Shown: piece after piece, positions 46,829-56,419 of the stretch
Numbering within the stretch: position 1 is the first letter of the stretch
How the letters are laid out: each line of letters opens with the position of its first letter
DNA from: a bacterium
GTDB lineage: Bacteria > Electryoneota > Electryoneia > Electryoneales > Electryoneaceae
Reading direction: 5' to 3'
NCBI GenBank assembly: GCA_963675295.2
Contig: CAXXKJ010000002.1
Coordinates: forward strand, 1,344,001 to 1,408,000
Length of the DNA stretch: 64,000 nucleotides
Notes under the pieces: model-generated
What the model was told of the DNA's origin: nothing
Seen by the model: only the letters and a program-made list of their open reading frames with translations
Databases searched by the model: none
Made by a program: the position numbers and the translations under genes

Positions 46829-48040
46829 TTACCGGGCTTCACGTGTTCTCGCTATCTCGTACTCCATCGGTGTGACGACCTCGGCGGGCTGATCGTCGTG
46901 GACGATGACGGTGTCCTCGACGCCGACGCCACCCTCCGGGAAGATGATTTTCGGTTCGATGGCGAGGACGGTTCCCGCCTCCAGCGGCTGGTCGAAGCCT
47001 TTCGCGATCACCGGCCACTCATCCAGTTCCATTCCGACGCCGTGCCCGATGAAGCGCACACGGTTGCGTCCCATGTTCATGAAATTGTCGGCGTATCCGG
47101 CGGCATCGGCTTGCTGCAATGACCACGCGTACAGCTCGGACGGCACCGCGCCGGCGCGGGTCTTGTCGAGCAGGCGTTTGTGCAGGTCAACGCAGAAGTT
47201 GTGCGCGTCCACGAACTTCGGGTCCAGGTCGCTGAGCGGACCGACGCAGTAGGTGCGGGTCATATCGGTCATGTAGCCGTCGACTCCGGCGGTGTGGTCG
47301 CAGATGACCGGCTCACCGCGTTCGATGACCTTGCCGCCCGCGCCTTTCGGCACCAGCGGGTTGCGTCCCGGCTGGCCGATCGGGCCGTCGAACGCGTTAT
47401 CGACCGCAGCCGAGACACCAGCGGCGACAACCCCGCCCGCCTCGGCGTTAAAGCCACGGGTGCGTCCCGAGATCTGATCGCCTCGTTCACGCATGACGAG
47501 GTCCATGCGCGCCTGGGCGTCGTATTCGTGCACCCCTTCACGGATGAACTCGCGCAGCGATTCGAACCCGGCGGCCAGAACTTTGCCCGAGCGGCGGATG
47601 ATGTCCAGCTCGGCGGGGGATTTGACGATCCGTTGGGTGCGGATGGTAGCGGCGATGTCGACCAGGTCGGAATCGGGCCAGACCTTGCGTTCGAGCGCCT
47701 TGTAGGTAGCAACCGGGAGGACATCTTCCTCGAGGCCGACGTGTTTCCAGCCGGCGATGTCGCTGTCATTCGCGAGCACGGCGAACAGGTGGCCCATGCC
47801 CTTGACAATTTCCGGTTGCGTGACGCTGGTATCGTCGAACAGGTGCAGCCGTCGCCATGCGAAGATGCGTGGGTCGCCGGTTGCGGGGATCGCGACCGCA
47901 CCGGGGAAGACGACGCCGGTGTAGTAGATCATGTCAACGCGTTGCAGGATCAGCGCGCCGTCGATGCTCTGTTGACGCATCTGGTCTTGCAGACGGCGGA
48001 TGCGTCCGAGGAGTTCGTCACGGGTGAAGATGGAAGGCAT
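46829..48040 (-). CDS. M24 family Xaa-Pro aminopeptidase/dipeptidase
   Basis: R.VKSP.E; metal ligands ICD, TDMTRT, GHGVG, IEP, VEDT. Confidence 0.9.
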   Translation of the reverse strand: MPSIFTRDELLGRIRRLQDQMRQQSIDGALILQRVDMIYYTGVVFPGAVAIPATGDPRIFAWRRLHLFDDTSVTQPEIVKGMGHLFAVLANDSDIAGWKHVGLEEDVLPVATYKALERKVWPDSDLVDIAATIRTQRIVKSPAELDIIRRSGKVLAAGFESLREFIREGVHEYDAQARMDLVMRERGDQISGRTRGFNAEAGGVVAAGVSAAVDNAFDGPIGQPGRNPLVPKGAGGKVIERGEPVICDHTAGVDGYMTDMTRTYCVGPLSDLDPKFVDAHNFCVDLHKRLLDKTRAGAVPSELYAWSLQQADAAGYADNFMNMGRNRVRFIGHGVGMELDEWPVIAKGFDQPLEAGTVLAIEPKIIFPEGGVGVEDTVIVHDDQPAEVVTPMEYEIARTREAR

Positions 48041-48305
48041 GGTTGAGTCCGGTCTTGTTTACGAAACGCAATGCGCGGGAGTGTAGCGGATTAAACGGCG
48101 GTGGTGCAAGATGTGAAAAGCAGGTGTGAGGTGTGAGGATGCGAACGAGCGCAGGACAGGCCAGATCAGGAAGGACGAGCTGACTGGGGAAGCGACACAC
48201 TTAGGGTAGTGACCCTCTGCTCTCGTCGCTTGAGTTTTAATTTGAGCTCAGCTGTTGCCATTTTGACGACCAGGCATTGGGAAGGACGTCAAACAGGGAT
48301 TGAGC

Positions 48306-48872
48306 ATGAAACGAAGTGTTCGGGCAGGGATTGTATCTTCAGTTGTAATGGTGCTATTGTTCGCGGCGGGCTGCCTGCCGTTCGGGCAGATGGGGAAGGG
48401 CAGAACGCCGGAACAGATTCTGCGGGATGCGTTGCTGAACAGCGTCGAATTCGAGCTGCAATCGTTCTCGCCGGACATCGACATCACGCCGCAGGGGCTG
48501 TTCGAGCTGCCGAAGATCGATCTGGTGTTCAATGTCGATATCGGCGTGACGAACAACAGCGTGATCCCATTGCTGGCGAAAGCGGCCGATGTGCGGCTGT
48601 TCACTCGTCAGACCGAGTTCACCGAGGCCGAGTTGAACGCCGACGACGCCCTCGCGACGGCGTCTGTGACGAAGGATCTCGCTATCCCGACAGGGGAGAT
48701 GGTGACGGTTCCGTTACACATCAAGGCGCCAGTGGAGAAGGTCGGGATGGAGCTGGTGAACCTGATCAACAGCGGCGATCTTTTTTACCGGATCGACGCG
48801 TTGATCGACTTCTCGTACGAGGGGGTGACGCTGCCGTACCAGGTCGTTCTAGACGAGGGTGGACACCAGTAG
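48306..48872 (+). CDS. LEA type-2/WHy-domain-like lipoprotein
   Basis: Lipobox FAAGC; IGVTNNSVIPL; beta-rich pattern. Confidence 0.6.
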   Translation: MKRSVRAGIVSSVVMVLLFAAGCLPFGQMGKGRTPEQILRDALLNSVEFELQSFSPDIDITPQGLFELPKIDLVFNVDIGVTNNSVIPLLAKAADVRLFTRQTEFTEAELNADDALATASVTKDLAIPTGEMVTVPLHIKAPVEKVGMELVNLINSGDLFYRIDALIDFSYEGVTLPYQVVLDEGGHQ

Positions 48873-48972
48873 GGTGAGAGTCGGACCGGGTGAAAAAAGC
48901 CGGTTCGGACGACCCGCGTTGTCGGAGCCAACACGGGCAAGATGCAGGGACAGATTCAGGATCCGAGAACTC

Positions 48973-49017
48973 ATTCAAGATCCGGGGACACTTTGGGGAC
49001 ATAGTGTCCCCGGATCT
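48973..49017. repeat. GGGGACA palindrome family copy 4
   Basis: AGATCCGGGGACACTTTG-GGGA-CATAGTGTCCCCGGATCT between convergent genes. Confidence 0.85.
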
Positions 49018-49150
49018 CGTTGCTACGACCCCTCTGCACTATCCTGGAGCAACACGGCCGTGTGAACGGTTTCACTGACAAGGCCACTTCGGAATGGTCT
49101 AGAGCAACGTAGCCGCGTCAGCAAGTTTTCTGACACGGCCACGTATTTTT

Positions 49151-49230
49151 CAAGTCTCAAGTCTCAAGTCTCAAGTCTCAAGTCTCAGAACTCAGGTCTT
49201 TGGTCTTTTACTGACCACTGTCAACTGTCT
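49151..49230. repeat. 7-mer tandem array (CAAGTCT)x5 plus degenerate units
   Basis: CAAGTCT x5, CAGAACT, CAGGTCT, TTGGTCT, ...ACTG units directly 3' of tlpA-like gene. Confidence 0.9.
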
Positions 49231-49233
49231 TTC

Positions 49234-49791
49234 TTACAGCTTGACGTCCTTCAGCAACGGGTTGATCATTTCCATCCACTGGGCCTTGTCACGGTAGCCG
49301 ACGATGGTGTGGGCCACGTTGCCGTTCGCATCGATGATGACCGAATACGGGATGCCGCCGCGTTCGCTGGGGTTGATCAATTCCTGGTACTGGCTGAAGA
49401 GTGCGCCGTCCTCGCCCATGGCGATCGGGTAGTTCACCGGGTTCTGGGCGAGCCAGTCGTTGACCACGCCGACGCCCTTGCGATCGAGGGAGATACCGAC
49501 AATGCGGAAGCCTTCAGCCTTGTGCTCGTCATACATCTCGACGAAGTGCGGGATTTCGAGACGGCATGGCGGGCACCAGGTCGCCCAGAAATTCACGAGG
49601 ACGACTTTGCCCTTGTTGTCGTCGAGGCTGAATGTGCCACCGTCAATGGTGGACACGGTGAAGCCGGGCTGTTCTTGAGCCGCCTGGGCTTCCGGAACCA
49701 TGGTGTTCTCGGCAGCATTCGGGCCAAACAGGAAATATGCAGCTACGGCAAACAGTGCAATTGCACCGATCAACATCGAAATACGCTTCAT
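49234..49791 (-). CDS. TlpA/ResA-family thiol-disulfide oxidoreductase
   Basis: N-terminal TM; GKVVLVNFWATWCPPCRLEIP; GIPYS. Confidence 0.92.
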   Translation of the reverse strand: MKRISMLIGAIALFAVAAYFLFGPNAAENTMVPEAQAAQEQPGFTVSTIDGGTFSLDDNKGKVVLVNFWATWCPPCRLEIPHFVEMYDEHKAEGFRIVGISLDRKGVGVVNDWLAQNPVNYPIAMGEDGALFSQYQELINPSERGGIPYSVIIDANGNVAHTIVGYRDKAQWMEMINPLLKDVKL

Positions 49792-49795
49792 GACG

Positions 49796-50116
49796 CTATC
49801 CGTTCAGTAAGTTGTCGATCTTCTCGGCAAGCTTGTCTTTGGGCAGCAGGCCGTTCACCTGTTCCCGTACCTCGCCGCCCTTGAAAAACAGGACTCGCGG
49901 CACCGACAGAACCTTGTACCGTTGCGCCACTCCCGGCGCTTCGCCAACATCCACCTTGCGAACCTTGACCTTGCCTTCGTACTCGACGGCAAGCTGTTCC
50001 ATGATCGGGTCAAGCTTCTTGCACGGCCCGCACCATGTCGCGCCAAAGTCAACTACCACGGGTTCACCAGACTGCAGAACGTCAGATTCCCAGTTGGCGT
50101 CGGTCACTTTTTCCAT
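49796..50116 (-). CDS. trxA: Thioredoxin
   Basis: VVDFGATWCGPCK, SVP, FKGG; 106 aa. Confidence 0.92.
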   Translation of the reverse strand: MEKVTDANWESDVLQSGEPVVVDFGATWCGPCKKLDPIMEQLAVEYEGKVKVRKVDVGEAPGVAQRYKVLSVPRVLFFKGGEVREQVNGLLPKDKLAEKIDNLLNG

Positions 50117-50182
50117 CGGTTCCCTCGTCGCTTAATGAGATGCACTCGTATCGAGATGGTTTTTGGTTCTCTGGAGTCGCGG

Positions 50183-52057
50183 TTACGCACCCTTGTGCGT
50201 GTCCAGCCACTCGACGACTTCTTCCGGTTCCATGAAGGTGTTGAACCGGGCACGTTCGGTGCCGTCCGGCCCAACGATCATCACCGTTGGCAGTCCGCCG
50301 ATGTTGTGCTTTTTACGCAACGCTTCCAGCTCATCGGTGGATTTGGTGTAATCCAGTTTCAGCGGGATGTAGTCCTGTGTCGCGTCGATGACAATGTCCT
50401 GATTCCAGACGTTGTGATCAAGCTCGACGCACACGCCACACCAGTCGGCGTAGAAGTCGATCAGCACCGGCTTGCCTTCGTCGGCCGCCATCTGGAATAC
50501 GTCGTCGTAGGCGTTCACGTTCCACGGCACGTGGTTCTCGTCCACCTGCATGGTACCCGCTGCGGCAGTTGAAGCTGCGACACCGCCGCTGAGGTTGACA
50601 TCGTTCAACTCTGCGAGCCCGAGGATGACGTAGAAGATCCCGGCGGCGACGGCGACATAGCCCAGCCCCTTGCCGAGCTTGCCGATGCCCACCAGTTCAG
50701 ACCACTTGTTCGCGGCGCCGATGTAAAGTCCGAGCAGCACGAAGGCGATGCCGGTCACCAGGTGGAAGATGGTCGGGCTCAGCAGCAGGTTGAGGTAGTA
50801 GAGGGCGACACCAAAGATGATGATGCCGAGGCCCTTCTTGATCTTGTCCATCCAGCCGCCGGCCTGCGGCAGGGCGGTCATCGCGGCGGTCGAGGTGCCG
50901 AGCACGATGAAGAGGACGCCCAATCCGAGCGCCAGGGTCGCCATGTAAAGGAAGCCGAGAACGACGTTCCCCGTATTGCCAATCCAGCTGAGCAGCACCA
51001 ACAGCGGCGGACCCGCGCACGGCGCAGCGACGATGCCGGTGACACCACCGATGAACATCGCGCCGATCAGGCCAGAACGTTCCCCGCCCATCATCTTGTC
51101 CTGGATCGCGGAGGGGACGGTGATGTCAAATGCGCCGAGCATCGATGCGCCGAGCGCGACGAAGACGGCGACGATGAACCACAGTACGATCGGGTTCTGC
51201 ATGAACGCGCCGAACAGCGCGCCGGTCAACCCTGCGATCACGCCGAGGGTTGCGTAGACAATCGCCAAGCCGAGCACGAAGAATACGCTGAGGATGAAGC
51301 CCTTCATCCGGCTCCCGCCAGCAGATCCGCCAACGAAGCCGATGATGATCGGGATCATCGGGTAAACACAGGGTGTCAGGCTGATCAGGAACCCGGCGGC
51401 AAAGACCAGCAGGAACGCGATCAGGTTGCCGTTCTCGAGCGCGGCGGTAAGCCGGTTCTCGAGCGACCCATCGGACTCGGTCGTCATCGCAGCAGGTTCT
51501 TCAACCTCGACGACTTCGACGAAGGCTGGATGGCTGCTCGGAATGCCAGACGCGCCTTCCTCGAGCACGGTCAGATTGATCGTGCCCTCGCCGCCATTAG
51601 GCAGGAAGCACTTCTCCGGCGGCTGCTCACGGCAGATCTGGTAGCCGTACCAGTAGGGAATTTCGTAGTCACCGGGGGCGACGGATGGGTCTACGTTAAT
51701 CGTGAACAGTACCGTCACCGTACCACGGTACACCTCTTCGCCGGCTTCCATCTCGCCGTGCGGCCAGGTGGTGTCGGCGAGGGTGAAGCCGTCCGGCAGG
51801 GTCGGTTCCCAATACAGCAGGCCGTAGCTCTTGTCGGTGATGTGGTGGTCGTTCGGAACGTCGAGGACATACGCGGCCTTGACCGCGTCACCGGCGGCGA
51901 CACCGGAAGATGAGAACACGACCTCATACGGGACTGGTGGTTCGACGACATCGTCCTGTGCATGTACGGTAAATGCGGTAGCGAGCAACAGGGTGGCCAG
52001 CAACAACAGGGCCGCTGAAGACCGGATCATCGTGTCAAATCCCCCAAATCGAATCAT
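50183..52057 (-). CDS. dsbD: Protein-disulfide reductase DsbD
   Basis: N-domain QIC..C, TM SLTPCVYPMIP and APCAGP, C-terminal DFYADWCGVC. Confidence 0.92.
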   Translation of the reverse strand: MIRFGGFDTMIRSSAALLLLATLLLATAFTVHAQDDVVEPPVPYEVVFSSSGVAAGDAVKAAYVLDVPNDHHITDKSYGLLYWEPTLPDGFTLADTTWPHGEMEAGEEVYRGTVTVLFTINVDPSVAPGDYEIPYWYGYQICREQPPEKCFLPNGGEGTINLTVLEEGASGIPSSHPAFVEVVEVEEPAAMTTESDGSLENRLTAALENGNLIAFLLVFAAGFLISLTPCVYPMIPIIIGFVGGSAGGSRMKGFILSVFFVLGLAIVYATLGVIAGLTGALFGAFMQNPIVLWFIVAVFVALGASMLGAFDITVPSAIQDKMMGGERSGLIGAMFIGGVTGIVAAPCAGPPLLVLLSWIGNTGNVVLGFLYMATLALGLGVLFIVLGTSTAAMTALPQAGGWMDKIKKGLGIIIFGVALYYLNLLLSPTIFHLVTGIAFVLLGLYIGAANKWSELVGIGKLGKGLGYVAVAAGIFYVILGLAELNDVNLSGGVAASTAAAGTMQVDENHVPWNVNAYDDVFQMAADEGKPVLIDFYADWCGVCVELDHNVWNQDIVIDATQDYIPLKLDYTKSTDELEALRKKHNIGGLPTVMIVGPDGTERARFNTFMEPEEVVEWLDTHKGA

Positions 52058-52213
52058 GGCTGACTCCCTCGCTGCTGCCGGTGAAGCTATGTGTTGTCTG
52101 TCAGGCAGACAATGTAATCTGTGGTGTCCGTGCATGAGAATTCCGGCTCCGGTTCCCTGGTCATTGTTCGAATGGTAGAATTAGGATGCACTTGGCTGAA
52201 AGATGATACTGGC

Positions 52214-52801
52214 TCATTGCTCAAGGGGCACGAGGAAGCAGTCGGTGAAGCCCCGGCCCTGAACCACCTGTTTCGCGAACTCAGCGGCGTCACGTGATTC
52301 GAACGGTCCCAGTTGCACGCGATACAGCCCGTCCCCGGGTACGATGCTGACATCGTAGCCGGTTTTATCCCGTGCCCGTTCAGCAGCGCGATCGGCATCC
52401 TCGGGATTGCTGAGGCTGAAGATCTGGATGGCGTACGGTTGCGGGGCGACGACGGGTGGTTCCGGTACGTCGCTGATGCGTTCCGGTCCCAATTCGACGA
52501 TGAACGCGTCGGGGAATCCGTTCCCGTGCAGTTCATCCATATACGGTTGAAGGTCGTCCCGGGTTTCCCCGTCTCCGGCCCAGATCCGGTAGAGTCCGTC
52601 CCGCCAGTGGATGCCGACCGGTTCGAGGCCGCGTTGTTCGAGCTGAGTTTCGGTTTGCAGAGCGAGGGATTCGTCGCTGACGGCAGCAACCTGAACGTGG
52701 AACAGACCGGCGAGCGCGGGCACTGTCACCACACACAGTGCAGCGAGGCCGGCGGAAACGGCTGGTATCAGCTTGCTTTTACGGAGATTGCTGGATCGCA
52801 T
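52214..52801 (-). CDS. SPOR-domain protein (two SPOR-like domains)
   Basis: VQVAA, LYRIWAG, GFPDAFIV; YAIQIFSLSN, LYRVQLGPF.SR..A. Confidence 0.8.
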   Translation of the reverse strand: MRSSNLRKSKLIPAVSAGLAALCVVTVPALAGLFHVQVAAVSDESLALQTETQLEQRGLEPVGIHWRDGLYRIWAGDGETRDDLQPYMDELHGNGFPDAFIVELGPERISDVPEPPVVAPQPYAIQIFSLSNPEDADRAAERARDKTGYDVSIVPGDGLYRVQLGPFESRDAAEFAKQVVQGRGFTDCFLVPLEQ

Positions 52802-53031
52802 CAGCGGGAATCCTGTCTCACGATCACGAAGCCTGAAATATGGAGGACAGGATGCGATCAGGCAAACGTGTCGTTTGAATATTGTGGCAATCTCGCGCTC
52901 GTGGGCATGGTTTCGCTCTCCCGGCTCACTGTATATTCCGCATCCCGGTTTTCGCATCGGCAAAACGGTACATTGGCCGGACGAAGCTGGGAAATGAACT
53001 CAGGTAGCAGCCCAAGGCAGGGGAGGCGGAG

Positions 53032-54150
53032 ATGATCATCGGCATTCCGCGTGAGCGGTTTATCGACGAAACACGTGTCGCGGTATCACCGGCGGCGGCT
53101 CGTTCGCTGGTCGAGGCCGGGTCGACGGTGTACATCGAAACGAACGCCGGTGAAGCGGCGGGTTGGCGTGATTCCGAGTACGAGAACGCCGGCGCGACGA
53201 TTGTCTACAGCGAAGAGGAAGCGCTCGGTCGTGCGGATCTGGTGATCAAGGTGCTTCGCCCCAATCCGCAGGAAGCGGAGATGATCCGTGAAGGGGCTGC
53301 GCTGGTCAGTTACCTGCAGCTTCCGCAAGCCCCGCGCGAGGTGTTCATCTCGCTGTATGAACGTGAGATCACCGCGATCGCGCTGGAGAACATCTGGTAC
53401 GAGGGCGGCGGCCATCCGGTTCGCCGGGCGATGAGCGAAATCGCCGGCCAGTTGGCGGTACATGCGGGCTCGGAACACCTCCGCGCCGACCGTGGTGGAC
53501 GCGGCATTCTGCTTGGCGGGTTGCCGGGCGTGCCGAGTGCCAGCGTCGGGATCCTCGGCGCCGGTGTGGTTGGCCAGGCTGCAGCTGCAGCGGCGTTGAA
53601 CCGCGGCGCGCACGTGATCCTCGTCGACCAGAAAATCGCGCCGCTGCGTGATGCGATGAAAACTTACGGCAACCGGCTGCAGACCGGTATCGTCAACGAG
53701 CACAACATCGAAAAGCTGTGCAGTTTCGTCGATGTGCTGATCGGCGCGATTTTGATCGAGGATCATCCGACGCCGCACATTCTGATGCGAGATCAGGTCC
53801 GTGCGATGAAGCGTGGCAGTGTGTTGGTGGATGTGGCGATTGACCAGGGCGGTACGGCGGAAACCAGCCGTCCGACGTCCATCTCCGACCCAACCTATAT
53901 AGAGGAAGAGGTGGTGCATTACTGCGTGCCGAACATGCCAGCGCTGGTACCGCGCACCGCGACGCGTGCGTTCCAGAACCAGGTGCTGCCGTTTGTTCGT
54001 GAGATCATGCGGGCGGGAGTGAAGGAAACGCTGCGTTCGCATCCGTATTTGCGGACCGGTCTGGCGTTGTACGATGGGAAAGTTGTCCGTGACTTGATCG
54101 CGGAGACATTTGGTGTCGAGTCTCATGCGATCGACGAGGTGTTGGGATGA
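53032..54150 (+). CDS. ald: Alanine dehydrogenase-like protein (AlaDH/PNT family)
   Basis: MIIGIPRE...ETRVA.SP, MSEIAG, GILLGG.PGV, GAGVVG, VDVAIDQGG..ETS.PT, HYCVPNMP; catalytic His position reads Gln. Confidence 0.82.
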   Translation: MIIGIPRERFIDETRVAVSPAAARSLVEAGSTVYIETNAGEAAGWRDSEYENAGATIVYSEEEALGRADLVIKVLRPNPQEAEMIREGAALVSYLQLPQAPREVFISLYEREITAIALENIWYEGGGHPVRRAMSEIAGQLAVHAGSEHLRADRGGRGILLGGLPGVPSASVGILGAGVVGQAAAAAALNRGAHVILVDQKIAPLRDAMKTYGNRLQTGIVNEHNIEKLCSFVDVLIGAILIEDHPTPHILMRDQVRAMKRGSVLVDVAIDQGGTAETSRPTSISDPTYIEEEVVHYCVPNMPALVPRTATRAFQNQVLPFVREIMRAGVKETLRSHPYLRTGLALYDGKVVRDLIAETFGVESHAIDEVLG

Positions 54151-55460
54151 GATGGAATGAAAAGTACCAGTCGCGGCGGATGTCCGCGGACGAAGCGGTC
54201 AAGGTGATCAAGAGCGGCGACCGGGTGTTTGTGCAACCTGGCTGTGCGGTTCCGACGGCGTTGACCACCGCGATGGTCGGCCGCGCGGATCAGCTCGAGA
54301 ATGTGGAGGTGATGCACATTCTGACGATGGGCGACGCTCCGTACCTCGATCCGAAATACGAGGGGACGTTCCGGCATCGCGCGCTGTTCATCGGCCACAA
54401 CGCCCGCAACGCGGTTGCGGAGGGCCGTGCGGATGCGATGGGCATTTTCCTCGGCGAGGTGCCGGGGTTGTTCATTGACGGGACGCTTCCGATTGACGTT
54501 TGCCTGATCCACGTTTCCCCGCCTGACGATCACGGCTTCTGCTCGTTTGGCGTTGACGTTGGGGTGACCAAAGCAGCGGCAGACTCGGCGAAATATGTGA
54601 TCGCGCAGGTCAACCGGCTGATGCCACGCGCGCTGGGCGACAGCTTCATCCATGTGAACAAGATCGACGCGTTTGTCCCGTACGATTACGCCCTGTTCGA
54701 GATGGCGCAGTTCGTGCCGGACTTCAGCGACGAGAAGAACCTGGTGCCGTTGAAGATCGGCGAAAACATCGTGGATCTCATCAACGATGGCGACACGTTG
54801 CAGATGGGCATCGGCACGATTCCGGACGCGGTGCTGTATCACCTGCGTGAGAAACGGGATCTCGGGGTGCACACTGAGATGTTCAGTGACGGGGTGGTGG
54901 ACCTGGTCGAAGAAGGGATCATCACCAACGACAAGAAGACAATCAACCGTGGCAAGATGGTCGCGGGCTTTGTCCTTGGGACACGGAAGACATTTGATTT
55001 CATTGACAACAACCCGATTGTCGAATTCCGTCCGACGGAATACGTGAACGACATCAGCGTGATCGCGCAGCATGACAACATGGTCGCGATCAACAGTGCG
55101 ATCGAGGTGGACATCACCGGGCAGGTGTGTGCGGACAGCATCGGGCCGCGACTGTACTCCGGGTTTGGCGGCCAGGTGGATTTCATTCGCGGATCAGCGC
55201 GCTCCAAGGGCGGCAAGCCGATTATCGCGTTGCCGAGCACGGCGAAGGGCGATACGCTGAGCCGGATTGTGCCGCAGCTGAAGCCGGGTGCGGGTGTGGT
55301 GACGACGCGCGCGGACGTGCACTGGGTGGTGACGGAGCACGGCGCGGTAAACCTGCACGGGAAGTCGTATCGCGAGCGGGCAAAGGCGTTGATCGGGATC
55401 TCCCATCCGAACTTCCGGGACGAGCTCGAGGCGTACGCGAAGGAGCAGAAGTTGATCTAG
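54147..55460 (+). CDS. Acetyl-CoA hydrolase/transferase family (4-hydroxybutyrate CoA-transferase-like)
   Basis: VSPPD.HG.CSFG, DG.TLQMGIG.IPDAV, DLGVHTEM, SGFGGQVDF.RG, VVTEHG. Confidence 0.92.
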   Translation: MRWNEKYQSRRMSADEAVKVIKSGDRVFVQPGCAVPTALTTAMVGRADQLENVEVMHILTMGDAPYLDPKYEGTFRHRALFIGHNARNAVAEGRADAMGIFLGEVPGLFIDGTLPIDVCLIHVSPPDDHGFCSFGVDVGVTKAAADSAKYVIAQVNRLMPRALGDSFIHVNKIDAFVPYDYALFEMAQFVPDFSDEKNLVPLKIGENIVDLINDGDTLQMGIGTIPDAVLYHLREKRDLGVHTEMFSDGVVDLVEEGIITNDKKTINRGKMVAGFVLGTRKTFDFIDNNPIVEFRPTEYVNDISVIAQHDNMVAINSAIEVDITGQVCADSIGPRLYSGFGGQVDFIRGSARSKGGKPIIALPSTAKGDTLSRIVPQLKPGAGVVTTRADVHWVVTEHGAVNLHGKSYRERAKALIGISHPNFRDELEAYAKEQKLI

Positions 55461-55502
55461 AGCCAGGGGGAGGAGGGCTTGGAGACGGGCACCGATCCCC
55501 TC

Positions 55503-55530
55503 TTGACTCCGAAAAGCAGGGAGCTATATT
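55503..55530 (+). promoter_or_regulatory. Sigma70 promoter of tRNA-tuf operon
   Basis: TTGACT-16 nt-TATATT followed by GC-rich discriminator-like sequence. Confidence 0.65.
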
Positions 55531-55676
55531 TAGGGCTGCGGCGCACGGCGGATATTTTCGTGCCAAACGCCGCATTTTTGTGCGGGTCAACCGTGAAGCG
55601 TCGACTCGGTTTCCAGCTCGGGTGAAAGCGTACCCGGGAATGGATACAGGCTCGGAGGTGTCAGGCCAGCTGGAAT

Positions 55677-55749
55677 GCCGGTGTAGCTCAGTTGGTAGAG
55701 CACTGGATTTGTAATCCAGCGGTCATCGGTTCGAGTCCGATCGCCGGCT
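55677..55749 (+). tRNA. tRNA-Thr (UGU)
   Basis: Cloverleaf; CTGGA-TTTGTAA-TCCAG anticodon arm; GTTCGAGTC T-loop. Confidence 0.96.
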
Positions 55750-55955
55750 CAATGCTTTGCGCAACAAGCCAGGTACCCAAGGTGGCATGCGACACGGAGC
55801 AGGGAGGCTCCCGCCCCAGCACAGGCGGAGGGCCAAAACACCTGGATCGTGAGCGGAGGTCACCGTTTCTGTGTTGTTAAGGCAGGATTGAACGCGATCT
55901 TTACACAAGCTGAACGTTTTTCGCCCGGCGAGGATGTCGGGTTGAAGTGATAGTC

Positions 55956-56038
55956 GGGGGGATGCCCGAGCGGCCAAAGGGAGCAGACTGTAAATCTGCC
56001 GGCGTACGCCTTCGAAGGTTCGAATCCTTCTCCCCCCA
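55956..56038 (+). tRNA. tRNA-Tyr (GUA)
   Basis: GGGGGGA/TCCCCCC acceptor, GCAGA-CTGTAAA-TCTGC, long variable arm. Confidence 0.96.
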
Positions 56039-56122
56039 CAGAGTGGATGCAGGCCCGCCCGGAATGCCGGGATGCAGTGATGCCCGCAGAGCATGGGCCC
56101 GAGCAGGGTGGTCCGAAGACAA

Positions 56123-56195
56123 GCGGGAGTAGCTCATCTGGTAGAGCACCAGCCTTCCAAGCTGGATGTGGCGGGTTCGAGTCCCGTCTCCCGCT
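56123..56195 (+). tRNA. tRNA-Gly (UCC)
   Basis: GCGGGAG/CTCCCGC acceptor, CCAGC-CTTCCAA-GCTGG. Confidence 0.96.
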
Positions 56196-56199
56196 CACA

Positions 56200-56278
56200 G
56201 GGGTGTGTGAGACGACGTGAGTTCTGTTGTGAGTGTTTGCAGTTACTCATGGCTCATAACTCACAGCTCATAACTGAT
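56200..56278. repeat. Inverted degenerate 7-mer arrays (GAG-rich arm then CTCA-rich arm) in tRNA spacer
   Basis: GTGTGAG..GTGAG..GTGAG then ACTCATG GCTCATA ACTCACA GCTCATA. Confidence 0.65.
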
Positions 56279-56283
56279 TTTCA

Positions 56284-56356
<73 letters not shown>

Positions 56357-56419
56357 CTGTTAGCGATCCAGATGAGAGAGCAGAAATAGTCAGGCACCAA
56401 GACCGCCGGAGGACGCAGG

